A DNA stretch of 64,000 bases, from positions 12,772,001 through 12,836,000 of the forward strand of contig JBHGNT010000004.1 in NCBI GenBank assembly GCA_043228905.1. The letters are read 5' to 3'. The notes beneath the pieces are model-generated. The model saw only the letters and a program-made list of their open reading frames with translations. It was not told the origin of the DNA and did no database searches. Positions 25,811 to 39,028 of the stretch are shown piece by piece (position 1 is the stretch's first letter; each line of letters starts with the position of its first letter). The position numbers and the translations under genes are program-made. The DNA is from Azolla caroliniana (taxonomy: Eukaryota > Plantae > Polypodiophyta).

Positions 25811-26506
25811 TAAAGGGTATATAATAGAATTTTCAAAACCGAAGGGCATCGACGAAATTTCAAAACCTTGAGGGCATCGAACAATTTTTTTCTTTTAAAA
25901 AAATAAATTCAAGGTATAGTACCTAATTTTAAAAACTCATCAACATGGAGGAAATGGAAGAGATTGACTTACGACAAACTCACAAAATAAAAGGAAGAAC
26001 ACACATACACACAACGTGTTTTTGGATCCATGACAAAGTTCGTGTGCTGACAAAACGAGAATGTTCGTGTCAATGAAGATTTGTTGACCGACGGAGATGT
26101 CATTCTTTTCCATGGTAGCATCGAAGGCATATAATCAAGAGAATCCAAGTTTGATCCTTGCCATATGGCATGGTCAAATCCCATTATATATATAACTTTG
26201 CAGCAAATTACATGAATATAAAGGGTATATAATAGAATTTTCAAAATCGAAGGGCATCGACGAAATTTCAAAACCTTGAGAGTATCGAACAATTTTTTTC
26301 TTTAAAAAAAATAAATTCAAGGTATAGTACCTAATTTTAAAAACTCATCAACATGGAGGAAATGGACGAGATTGACTTACGACAAACTCACAAAATAAAA
26401 GGAAGAACACATACACACAACGTGTTTTTGGACCCATGACAAAGTTCGTGTGCTGACAGAACGAGAATGTTCGTGTCAATGAAGATTTGCTGACCGACAG
26501 AGATGT
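25690..26506 (+). repeat. About 408-bp tandem duplication
   Basis: TGTCATTCTTTTCCATGGTAGC at 25690 and 26098; TGT microhomology at the junction. Confidence 0.92.
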
Positions 26507-26613
26507 TCGGGTCAAGCGTTCCGGCCGAGGGAGTCGATTGAAGAAAAGACCGATGAAGTTCCGGTCGAATAGAGATGATGATCAAGGCATGTGGGTTCGA
26601 TGTGCAATGCACT

Positions 26614-26877
26614 ATCCCACGGGTGTGCCATAATGTGTTATCGTACGAGATGTACAGAGAGTTGAATGTTATGAGTGAGGGTGAAAGAGTATAATGTTGT
26701 TGTTATGTATGTGAAATGTATATGAGTTACACGATTGTGAGTGTGAGTGGACAAATAGGAAAGGGTGTGCGTGAGTGATGTGTATGGATGGCTTGAGGGG
26801 CATGCACCCCTATGAATCTAACCTCATTATAACTATTTAACCCCCTTATGGTGAATGAATGGAGGAAAAAAGTTCTC
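26614..26877 (-). mobile_element. Probable remnant of another LTR element (PBS plus LTR end) hit by the LINE
   Basis: Minus strand reads ...TAACACA-TTA-TGGCACACCCGTGGGA, resembling a tRNA-Arg-type PBS after an LTR end. Confidence 0.45.
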
Positions 26878-27419
26878 TTTTTTTTTTTTGGTAAAATCAA
26901 ACAATTATATTAATTGCATGTAAAAAAACCACTATTACAACTTGTAAGTCATCACGTATCTACATAGAGAGATACATATTCCTATCATTACAAACCATGA
27001 ATATGTCTCACAACATCCCATAACCTTTCTTATCAGACCAAATGACGAATGTGATACCCAACTAACTTACATACTTGTCTCTTCGTGATTGAATATGCTT
27101 GACATCCCCAACAATGAAAATTGCCATAAAAGGAACCCTTTCAATCTCAGCACATAATGGTGTACTCCCCTTTGTTCATCAAATATAAAGGCATTTCGCA
27201 TATGCCAAATAAACCAAAGCCCATAATACCTCAAATAATCCAAAAAATAATCTTAAAAGAAGGTGAAAGACCTCCTAATTCCATTTGTGCAAAAACCCAT
27301 TTGAAAGGAGAAATTATCATTCCTGTCAAGGACATCCATATTTCATTAATAAATTTCCAAAACATCTTTGTAACATGACATGAAATAAATCGATGCTGAC
27401 TGTGCTCTACTTCCACTAT
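26878..27419 (-). mobile_element. L1-like LINE, 3' segment with poly(A)
   Basis: T12 at 26878-26889. VEVEHSQHRFISC..FW completes the zinc finger begun at 46102-46160. Confidence 0.85.
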
Positions 27420-27605
27420 TGTTGTGAATATTTTCGGCAACGATGTGAAAATCACGTGGAAAGGAGAAAACCGAGAAGGGTTCACTTTCCTGCTTCTCTC
27501 ACTGTTTTTTCTCAGTGAGTTATTCCACATATATATGCAACTAGTACGACTCTCTCTATATATATACCAGGTTATCTCACATGTATATATGATTGTGTAT
27601 ATATA

Positions 27606-28369
27606 TGTTGGGAGACAGGTCCCTCCGGATGGGAAGGGTGAAGAATAGTGCCGATGAACAAACTCAGCCGAGGCCGAAACCGTATGAGGAGGACCTGGCT
27701 ATGGAGAGCCGGATGGTACAGACCTGGTATGAACCGGATGAGGAGTACCCGGCTACGGAGAGCCGGATGGTGCAGACCCGGTATGAACCGGATGAGGAGT
27801 ACCCGACTACGGAGAGCCGGATGGTACAAACCCGGTATGAACCGGATGAGGAGTACCTGGCTACGGAGAGCCGGATGATACAGACCCGGTCAAGACCGAA
27901 TGAGGAGACATATTCGTAAATATGTCTCTGAGAGTCCATCAGGGCTATATTTGTAAATAGTCGAAAAGTCATATTAGTATAAATATGACTTAGGGCAAAC
28001 TTATAGTTACTGTTGTTGTTGTTGTTGTTATATCTTTTTCTATTTTTGCACGAGATCAGTGTGCGTAACTGTACAGAGAGAGAGAGAGAGAGAAAGAGGT
28101 CGTTGCCTCTGTTGTAACCGCCGCCTGTGGCGAGGATCGTGAGCACGAGGTCGTTGCCTCAGTGAACTCACTGTTGTACGTTCTTACATAGTGACAGTTT
28201 GCAGCCTGTGGGCTGCCATGGTTTTTTCCCCTTAGTTTGGGGTTTTCCACGTAAACCTCCTGTGTATCTTCCTCTTCTTTGTGTCGTGTTTTATCTCCCG
28301 TTTTTTGTGTATCATTCTAAGCTCAGTTGTGGTCGAGCGTTGCGTATAGGGAGCGTACAGTTCCCGTCA
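27606..28369 (+). mobile_element. Solo LTR, family X, with four 54-bp tandem repeats
   Basis: TG...CA; TSD ATATA; absent from the matching 3' LTR of G1. Confidence 0.88.
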
Positions 28370-28951
28370 ATATATGTGTATATTCGTCCGAACTTCTACT
28401 CGATCGACTACCATTTGACCGAATCTCGTTTTGGCTTTCCAGTCGATTTCGGCCAATCGACTTTTTTTCGGCTTTCTGACCGATTTCGGCAGCCGCCTCC
28501 CATTTCGGCTTTTCGGTCGATTTCGGCCAACCGACTCTTGTTTTGGCTTTTTGACCGAATTTGGCAGCCGACTCTCGTTTCGGCTTTTTCAGTGAATTTC
28601 AGTCAACCGACTCTTGTTTCGGCTTTCTGACCGATTTCGGCGAGCCGACTCTCCCACAAGGAGGGACAATCTTACATAACACAATTGACTTACCACAAAG
28701 CCAAGTAATTTCTTAAAAAGTTGTATTTTCATCATTATACTTTTTCATATGTAAATTCTCATACATGAGAGCTTGAATGAATGACATGGTTATCATGCAT
28801 CACATGTAATGCATGAGCGCCAAATGACAAACATGCATCGCATGCATTTTGTGCATTACATGCATTGAATGCATGTCTTGCACCCTCACATGCATCATAT
28901 GCATGGGCATCTATAAAAGAGTGGAGGAAAAAGAAAAGGGGATCAATGAAT

Positions 28952-29687
28952 TGAAAGGACTACACGCTCTCGAAGACAACGCTCGGCCACAACCGAGTCT
29001 AGGATCAAACACAGAAAAACGGGTAATGTACGCACGACACAGTAAAGAGAAGAGTACACAAGATGTTTACGTGGAAAACCCAAACACGGGAAAAACCACG
29101 GCAGTCCACAGACAGCAAACTATCACTATGTTACAATATACAATAGATGAACACAGAGGCAACGAACTCTTGTTCACTGTCTTCGCCACAGGCAGCGGTT
29201 ACAACAGAGACAACGTCCTCTACGTCTCTCACTCTCTCTCTGTACGCGGTTGCACTCAAATCTTGCACCAACAAGAATGACAACAACACACACTATACTA
29301 AGTTTGCCCTAAGTCATATTTATACTAATATGACTTTTCGGCTATTTACAAATATAGCCTCGATGGACTCTCAAAAACATATTTACGAATATGTCCCTTC
29401 ATCCGGTGAGCACTTCTCACCGGTCCTTCACCATCCGGCTCTTGCTGGGCACTCGTCATCCGGTTCTCACCGGGTCTTCCGTTGCCGGGTCCTCCACATC
29501 TGGTTCTCACCGGGTCTTTCGTTGCCGGGTCCTCCACATCCGGTTCTAACCGGGTCTTCCGTTGCCAGGTACTCCACATCCGAATTCGGCCGAGGCCGAT
29601 ACTCCACATCCGGATTCGTCCGAGGCCGAGTTTGCTCATCAACACTGTTCTTCTCACTTCCCATCCGGAGAGACCTGTTTCCTAACA
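28952..29687 (-). mobile_element. Solo LTR, family X, with 39-bp tandem repeats
   Basis: TG...CA; TSD TGAAT (28947-28951, 29688-29692). Confidence 0.9.
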
Positions 29688-29983
29688 TGAATTGATCAAG
29701 AAAGCTATGTACTGAATTAAGAAGACAATAATAAAATCTAGTAACTATCTTATTGGTGATATATCTTGTCTCTTAAAATTGAAGTCAAGGGTGCAAAATC
29801 TCGCTCTCAATCTGTCTCTGAATTAGAATCTTCGTCTCCTAATGTGAAGAAGCGGTAGGAAGGATCAAGACGAAGATCGACCGATACTTGGAGATGGTAT
29901 CCTCAAACAATCAAGCGGGAGAGTTCGAAAGGATGATGACAATCGTTGAACAAATGATGAGATCTTAGGACAACGATGCGAGT

Positions 29984-32019
29984 GTGGAGAAGGCCCTCGA
30001 CAATGTCGTGAAGATTGAGGGTCAATTTGATGGAAGGAACATTGCGAAGTTCCTTGATGCATACAAAAGGGAGATGAATAAGAGGGACATGTCTGAAGCA
30101 CGTCAAATCTCAAGTTTCAAGAGAGTTGTCACCAACAACATCCAAAGACAGGTCATAGAGCTTCAAGAAGGGAAGACATCATTGTTCGGGTTCGAGAAAG
30201 CAATATTAGCAGAGTTTGTCACGGAAGATTTGTCGAGGATGACTCGACATGTCTTTATGAAGTGGATAGAGAAGAAGAATAAGAAGATGTGCACCTCGAG
30301 GGTGTACGACGAGTTCAACCAGATGTTTAGTCGTCTCCCTCCCAAAGACCAAGTGCTACTTGAGGAGGACAAGACTTTTTACTTCCTAAAAGCTGTCGAT
30401 ATGAAGGATAGAAGAGAACTGAGGACTCTCCTGGAAGGTGACACCCAAGCAAACACGCTTGTGGCAAACTGGACTGTGGTGAAGCGAGCGTGCAATAGGC
30501 TCGACAAGCGTCGTCAATGGGTTGATGAACTGACTTGGCAGGATTGAGCGGGAAGAAAAAAAGACAACCAAAGGTGGTTGAGCCGCCCAAACAAAGCAAC
30601 CCGGAAGAAAAGAAGATTAATGATGACATCATCGAAGAACTGGCGAAGAAGTTCGAGATGGTCATGCTAGCGAACATGAATTGTCAGGGCCCGAAAGGAA
30701 AAGAACCCTTTAGATGTGTGTGGTGCGACAGGATGGACCACATGAGAAGGGGGTGCGTGAGCTTTCGAGAGGCCATCCGACAAAATATTGTATACAGGGA
30801 TGACAACATGATCTGCTCGAGTGAAACTCAAAGACCCTTACGGATGAATTTCGGAAAAAGGGGAATAAAGAAAGCGATGGAAGATGTTGAGGCAACTCAT
30901 GTGGATGCGATGCACTATGTTGCATCGGCCGGAATAAGAGTTGGAAAAGACAAAAATGAAGTTGTTAGAACAGGAATAAAGTTTTGTTCTATTGTTCTTG
31001 AGTATGAGAAGAAGGGGAAAGTTACTTTGAACGAAGTGGAAGTGATGTGTGACAGCCACGAGGTGCTCGTGGACGAAAAGAGAAAAAGAATGGAGGAGCA
31101 AAACAACCCATCAAAAAGACTTGAAACAATGAGCACGAAAAAGAAAGAAGATGCAGAAGCAAGTCGAGCTCTACGGACGAAGGATGGAGACTCAAGACAG
31201 AAAGGGGAATCGAGTAGACGAGTTGAAGAAACGGTTTGGCCCATGAGGGTTGATGTCGAAGACCCCACTCGAAAAACGAGAACTATGCCCACCTATAATC
31301 TAAGGTTGGACATAGAGCAAACTACAGATTTGAAGAAGATCCTTGGGGAACGTGTTCTTGATAGCCACGTGACCTTGTCCTTGAGGGAATTGCTTGGCAT
31401 TATGAAGAAGGAGTTCCATGATACGATCGTGGACCTCGTAAAGAGAAAAAGGCAACAATCAGACGATTAAGAAGAGAAGCCACTAAAAGCAAAAGCAAAT
31501 GCCATAACGATGGCAAGGGACGAAGTCGATGAAGATATGGTGGACAACCACTATACTCGGCCTCATTGGGCACAAGTGACGACGGAGACGCCAATAAAGT
31601 TGGGTGAGAGAAAACAGACAGTCGTAGCTTTAATAGACCATGGGTCTGAGATCAACCTTATGTCGATTGAGGTCTACAAAAAGGGAAGATGGCCAGTAAA
31701 TATGAATCATGGGTGGAAGATATGTGCGGCTATGAAAGCTACCGAAGACTTGTATGGGGCATGTCCTAATATCCCCATCACGATTGGCAATGTCGAGATA
31801 GATCAACATTTTATTGTTCAAGATTCGGCGTCCCATCCTATCATTCTTGGGCAACCGTACATAACATCATCCTGGATGTAAACCAAAGTGTTCAATAATG
31901 GTGCGGCATTTGTTTGAGTAAGGAGTCTTGATGGGAAGAAGATCGTACAGTTCTTGACTGTATGTGCTAACCATGAAAGGAATCAGGATTGTCTCGGAGA
32001 AGATGCTTCAGATTTTTAG
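29984..32019 (+). pseudogene. G1 gag-protease
   Basis: FDGRNIAKFLDAY, CVWCD..DH..RGC, protease ALIDHGSEINL and ILGQPY. Contains a frameshift and stops. Confidence 0.88.
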
Positions 32020-32166
32020 GGCGGGCTATTTGCGAGCAGGGCGTGAATAGTGCAAACAAACATATGCCCCAAGAGGAAAGAGAAGTTCACGAATTTGCGA
32101 AAGGAGGGTTGTGTGTAGCCCCTAATGGAGTGTCCAAAATCAACATGTTTGACAAAGAAGAGATGT

Positions 32167-35100
32167 TGTCGTAGTGTATTTCGTACACTACGTGAAAAAC
32201 TTATAAAGTACCGATTTAATAAATATGAATAAATATTAGAAAATATTAAAAAATATATAACATGCATAGGCAATATTCGAACCTTGCACCTCCATGTTAA
32301 TAATGTGAAACCTTATACAATATATTCGTGGGATTCACGAATTTGTGATCAAAATTGTCTCTTACTATCTAAATATTGATTAAAATACACTAAACTCGTG
32401 GGATTCATGAGATTCATAACTTACCTACCTTTCTAATAATCTATAAATAACTAGACTCTTCTCAAATTCTTCCTCATCCTAGTCCAAAACCCCAGAGGTT
32501 CCCACCCGACTCACGTAACGATCTGAAGCCGAAAGGCACGACACGAGTGGTGAACCCGACGTGAAGAGGGGTGGTAAGGAGATGGAGAATCAACAAGAAG
32601 CGATGAATATGATGATGATGATGATTAAGCAAATGCAAGAAGAGCAACGCACAATGTCGGAGATGAAATCGGCAGTAGCGCGGCTTGTGCAAAGAAACAG
32701 GGAATTTGACGGAAAGGATGTGTCATGCTATCTATGCGAATACAAGGCCGAGATGATGCGATGTGGGATACCGGAAGGATTGCAAGTGACATCCTTCAAT
32801 CGAGTAGTAACAGATGAGTTACAAGAGAGAATCCACAAAATAGGGCAACAAAACCTAACATGGGAGTCCTTTGAAGAAGCTTTAAGAGAGGCATATGATT
32901 TTTTCAAGAGATTGAAGGGACAAGATCGGCGAGAATTCAACAAATGGGAGGCATCGGAGAAGACCTACCGGAGTGCAACACAAGTATTCCTAGAGTTCGA
33001 GCATTGTTTTGCTCGACTCTCGAAGCGGGAACAAAGATTGGTGGGAGAGGATAAAGTCCTAATGTTCGTAAAATCGATCGATCGAAAAGAAAGGATGGAC
33101 ATCAGGATCGAACTCGAAGAAGATGACGGTGCAAATGGTCTTACCGAAGATTGGGCCGAAGCCCAAAGGGTATGCCCGAGACATGATGAGAGGAAGATGA
33201 GAATCTTGACAACGACATGGCCTATGAAGGATGGTCGATTGAAGACAAACGATGGAGCCGATATGAAGGCCGAAATACAACATGATGGTGCGACGGAAGA
33301 GGGTGTAAAACAAGCTACCCTCTTGTCTTGCGAAAGAACGACGGTGAAGGATAAGGCCGATAACCCAAGTGTAGAAGAAGATTTTGGAATACAAGTGTCC
33401 GAAACATCAGGTTAAACAGGGGTAAGCATAATTGATGTTTGCATAATTGATGCAATGAAAGAGAGCAAGGAGGACTTGATTGAGGAGGTCGCCACGAAAG
33501 ATGACATCGAATCGAAGGTGGCTATGGACAAATCAATGGCGGATGGCCATATCGAGACTTCCCCACCACTGATTCCAGAGACTCCGGCGGTTGCATTCGA
33601 AAGGCAACGTGAGACCGAAGAGACGGAAGGTGGTGGAGAGAAAACAAAGGTCGAAGCCGATCCATACGACGGAGAGATAGCCGAGAAGGTGGCTATGGTT
33701 GAAATGACAGAGGATGATAATACCAAGGGTTCATGCGCACTAATCCTAGAGACTTCGGCGGTTGCGTACGAGAACCAACGTGACCGGAGAGACGGGAGAT
33801 GGCGGCAAGGAAGGCAAAGTCGGAAGCCGGTTCGGATGGAAGATGATCTGTCCGAAATTCTGGTCTAAAAGAAAGCTAAAGCAAGTGGAAGTGGATCCGG
33901 ACAAAATCCGAGAGTTCAACATAGACGAAAATCATTCCAACCGGATGTCGATCGAACAAGACCGATCCGGAAAGAAGTTCCGGAAGTCAAACCGGTCAAG
34001 ACCGGTGAAAACAAAGAAAAGAAAGAAAATCTAGACGGAAACCGATCGGTCGACACAGATCCGGAAGGGGGCTGAATCGGTAAAAACTGATCAACCGAGT
34101 CCGAATCAGCCGAATACGAATCGGAATGGAAGCCGATCCAACCGAAAGACGATCGGACGATACCGAATCGGAAAGAAGCTAATCCGACTCAACCAGAGAT
34201 CCGAAAAGAAATCAATATTGATAAAGACAAGGAAGAGGCCAAGCAAAGACACTACCACGGATGACAAGGACCAAGCTGGCCATAACAGTGCAAAAAGCGA
34301 ACGAAGACTATGGTGGATCAGATGGCGACAATGGTTCGGGTTGAAAGAATGGATGTGTTCAAAATGGAGAGACAAAACCGACATACCAAGAGAAACGGAG
34401 GGTACTACAAGTAAAGAAGAATTACGAGGGCCTGTAATTGGAGACTGGATAGAGCCTGCAACCGAACAGAACTGGAAACCGGGCGGAGTCGGCAACCAAA
34501 AACCGGAGACCGAACGGGGCTTATAACCAAAAATGACCGACGACGAAACCAACCATGCGGAGAACGGACGGACGAGACTAACAATCGCCGACAACTTCGG
34601 CACATACCGGAGGATGTGCAGGTTCGAAGGGGGCGAGTGTTGTAGTGTATTTCTTACACTACGTGAAAAACTTATAAAGTACCAATTTAATAAATATTAA
34701 TAAATAGTAGAAAATATTAAAATATATATAACATGCATACGGCAAGATTCGAACCTTGCACCTCCATGTTAATAATGTAGATGTCCCACACAGAAAGCTA
34801 AGTTCACCTAGGATAAACTTTAGTTAAAAGAAAACGCATGCTAAAAGAAAAGAAAAGCTACACATGCACCTCTAGCGTGTATGAACGCTATAGTTTATAA
34901 AAAACGCACAAGTTAGAAAAAGCATGATCACTTTAGATAAAGCATATAGTCTATCTATAGAAAAAGCATGGAGTCTATAGTTAGAGAAAACGCATGGGTT
35001 GGAAAAGACTCTCTCATCTCTATATAAGGATGAGGAGCACAATGTAATGGGGGTGAAAAATATTTGGAAATTGGATATATTTCCTAAAACACCAATTAAT

Positions 35101-35327
35101 ATAATATATTCATGGGATTCACGAATTTGTGATCAAAATTGTCTCTTACTATCTAAATATTGATTAAAATACACTAAACTCGTGGGATTCACGAGATTCA
35201 TAACTTACCTACCTTTCTAATAATCTATACATAACTTGACTCTTCTCAAATTCTTCCTCCTCCTAGTCCAAAACCCCAGCGGTTCCCACCCGACTCACGT
35301 AACGATCCGAAGCCAAAAGGCACGACA
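32167..35327 (+). mobile_element. Non-autonomous gag-only LTR element G2
   Basis: LTRs at 32167-32543 and 34638-35327. PBS TGGTGAACCCGACGTGA (tRNA-Trp) at 32548-32564, PPT at 34626-34637. TSD ATGT/ACGT. No pol motifs. Confidence 0.88.
32561..33415 (+). pseudogene. G2 gag-like ORF
   Basis: FDGKDVSCYLCEYKAEM and DKVLMFVKSID align with G1 gag. Confidence 0.8.
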
Positions 35328-35559
35328 ACGTTTTGGATGCAAAGCTTCGAGGAAGCTTTAAGAGAAGAACAAATATTGGAAACTGATGAAAGCATCGAAT
35401 GGGTAATGGAGGAAGCCTCATTTAACGACACCATTGGCAAAATGGAGAATGTCGTGGACGTGAGCCCTCATAACTAGCGATCAATTCAAATAAACTCCAT
35501 CAACATGTACGTTGCCATCGACGAGTATAGTCGAAGTATCATGGCAGAGAAAGTCGAAG

Positions 35560-37020
35560 TCAATACGAAATACAAGACGGTGGACAAGAATTGTAGAACC
35601 TGTTGCTCTGCTGCTGCCTGAGGATAGTTAGCAAAGAATGAAGGAAGTTGCGCGAGATCCAAGCTTACGGGATCTGAGAGGAATCAGACATGCCTTCACT
35701 AAAGAGACAAGAGAAAAACTTCGTGTCGGGAAAGATGAATTTCTCTTGCCAGAAGCGGAAGTCCCATTTCGGGCAATGCTTGAAAGACATGGGAAATAAT
35801 TTTCTTTCTATCCGAATGAAATCAGATGCGCCGAGCCAAAGATAATAGAACCGATGGTGATATTCACAATACCACATGTGCCGTGGAACCTGAAACTGAT
35901 ACCGGTCCCAAGAGCACACATTCCAAAATTAATCAAGCTCTTGAAAGAGAAGGCCCTGATGGGAATTCTGGAGCCGTCAAATGCTCCTTACTCGAATAGG
36001 TGGTTCACGGTACCAAAGAAGAATGGAACCTTAAGTTTCATACAAGATCTTCAACTAGTGAATAAAGTGACGATCCGCAATGCCGGGATCGGCCCAAGTA
36101 TCGATGAGTTCATAGAAGCATTTGGAGGAAGGTTCATTTATTCTATTGGTGATCTCTACTCAGGCTACGATCAGTTTCAACTAGCAGTCGACAGCAGAGA
36201 CATCACAACAATGAGGACTCCGATTGGATTGGTACGGATGTGCACCCTACCTCAAGGCGCAACCAACTCTTTAACACCCATGGTAAATGCCATGAATAAA
36301 GTACTAAGAGACTGCATCCCAGATATTACAATGCCTTTCCTCGATGATATCCCTATAAAAGGGTGCCCTGAATTAGAAAAAGGACGAGTCTTTGGATCAA
36401 GATGGATGTTGAAGATTAGTTTCAAACCATATTGAAGACTGCAAGAGAGTGCTACAAAGACTAGAAGGAGCCGAGCTCACATTTTCCGGAGAAAAGTCAG
36501 CATTCGGCCAACGCGAGGTCCTAGTAGTGGGACATCTTTGTGGACCATACAGATGGAAACCCTCTCCTGAGAAGGTGAATGCTATTCAAGAGATGCGAGA
36601 AGAATTTATATCCTTGACAGAGGTGCGAAGATTCTTGGGAGCGTGTGCCTTTTATCATATCTGGATTCCGCACTACGCTCATTTCACCGAGCCATTATAT
36701 GGATTGCTAAAGAAAACAAAGAAGTTCGAAAGGTGAGAGGAGCATACAAACGCGATGCAAAGATTGAAGAAACTACTTCTCGAAGCTCCAACGCTAAGAA
36801 AGGCCGATTATATTGAAGGAAAGTTGATTTATGTGACTGTGGATACGAGTCCAACCGGAATCAGGTAGGTCATCAACCAAGAAGGAGAAAATAGTGCACG
36901 GTATGCCATCCGGTTCGGAGCAAAGGTCCTCAACAAACGACAGCAAGGATATGCCGAAGTCAAGCGGGAACTTTGGGGTATTGTGTCTGCGGTGAAGATA
37001 GACAAACTTAAGACTACTTG
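35560..37020 (+). pseudogene. G1 reverse transcriptase and RNase H, 5' part
   Basis: FIQDLQLVN, DLYSGYDQ, LPQGATNS, FLDD, RRFLG, TVDTS. Confidence 0.9.
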
Positions 37021-37259
37021 CCCGGGGACTTCACTATCAAAACTTGTATGATAGCACGTGAGTTCATCAAAAGGGGTTTTAATTAATCAATGAGATACAG
37101 AATATATATACATAAGGGTATTAATAAAGATTTGAAAATATTTTTACATAAGGGTATTATCAATTATGCTGAAAAAAAAATTACGTAAGCCCATGAAATA
37201 TTAGATATTTCAATGAGATAGTAAAGAATATATTATGCAAAGAATACTCAAATTTGAAG

Positions 37260-38994
37260 TGGCATACATACATACATACATACATATACATGCATGCATC
37301 CATATATACCTACATTCAAACATTACATCCATGAATATGTATATACATACATACATTACACCCATTTATACATGCATGCTGACTAAACATAAATATATAT
37401 TACCATATGTAAATATGTACATACACATACATACATGCATTACATACTACATACATATTAAAATTGGCCATATATATTGACATACATATATAGATAATAC
37501 ATACATAAAAATTACATATTACATTTATACATACACTTCCTTACAAACATATTTTATATATTACCATATGTAAATATGTACATACACATACATACATGCA
37601 TTACATACTACATACATATTAGAATTGGCCATATATATTGACATACATACATAAAAATTACATATTACATTTATACATAAACTTCCTTACAAACATATTT
37701 TATATATTACCATATGTAAATATGTGCATACACATACATACATGCATTACATACTACATACATATTAGAATTGGCCATATATATTGACATACATACATAA
37801 AAATTACATATTACATTTATACATACACTTCCTTACAAACATATTTTATATATTACATATGTACAAATATATATTACCATATGTAAATATGTACATACAC
37901 ATACATGCATGCATTACATACTACATACATATTAGAATTGGCCATATATATTGACATACATACATAAAAATTACATATTACATTTATACATACACTTCCT
38001 TACAAACATATTTTATATAGGGAAAAGTACCAAGATACCCCTAGAAGTTTGTCTATTTACCAGAATGCCCCTGGAAGTTTCAAATTTACCAAACTACCCC
38101 TATGTCCAAAAAAATACACTTTATAAAGGGGTAGTTTGGTAAATTTGGAACGTCCAGGGGCATTCTGGTAAATAGACAAACTTCCAGGGGTATCCTGGTA
38201 CTTTTCCCTTTTATATATTACATATTACACACATTTATTATTATACACACAATTATATACAAATGCAAATATACAAACCAAACACAAAAAAGAAAAAAAT
38301 CATATTATATATATATATATTATATACACATACACACATTCCATACATACAATACAATACAATATGTACATACACACACACACAAACATAACACACATCA
38401 CACATGCATATCATATACATGCATATATACCTACAAGCTACATTCATATATCACACATCACACATGCATATATACCTACATCCATGAATATGTATATACA
38501 TACATTACACTCATTTATACATACATATTAACTAAACATAAATATATGTACAAATATATATTACCATATGTAAATATGTACATAATACATACAATAAAAT
38601 TACATATTACATACATATATACATAAACAAATGCATATATACATACAAAACACACAAAAATAAATTACATATTATATATATGTATACACATACACATACA
38701 TATTAACACCTAAAGGCTAAGATTACATACTATATATATACAAATCTTCATACTTACAAACAAGTTACATATATTACATATATATACACGTGCACGCACA
38801 TAAATAAATTAGATATTACATAGCATATATTACACAATATTCAAATTTACACATACATAAATTACATATATACATATATAGATACGTACATAGATATACA
38901 TATTACATATGTACATACATATTCCACGTATCACCATATTATATGTATAGATTATACTGGACCATACAAACCACAATACTTATATATACACATA

Positions 38995-39028
<34 letters not shown>

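Noticed and set aside
27673-27905. Regular repeats resembling a CRISPR array or a repeat protein (also 29440-29630)
   Set aside because: Head-to-tail units with no unique spacers, inside solo LTRs, in eukaryotic DNA with no cas genes.
33762-34605. Extra or env-like ORFs in G2
   Set aside because: Short, low-complexity and inconsistent frames with no recognisable domain.
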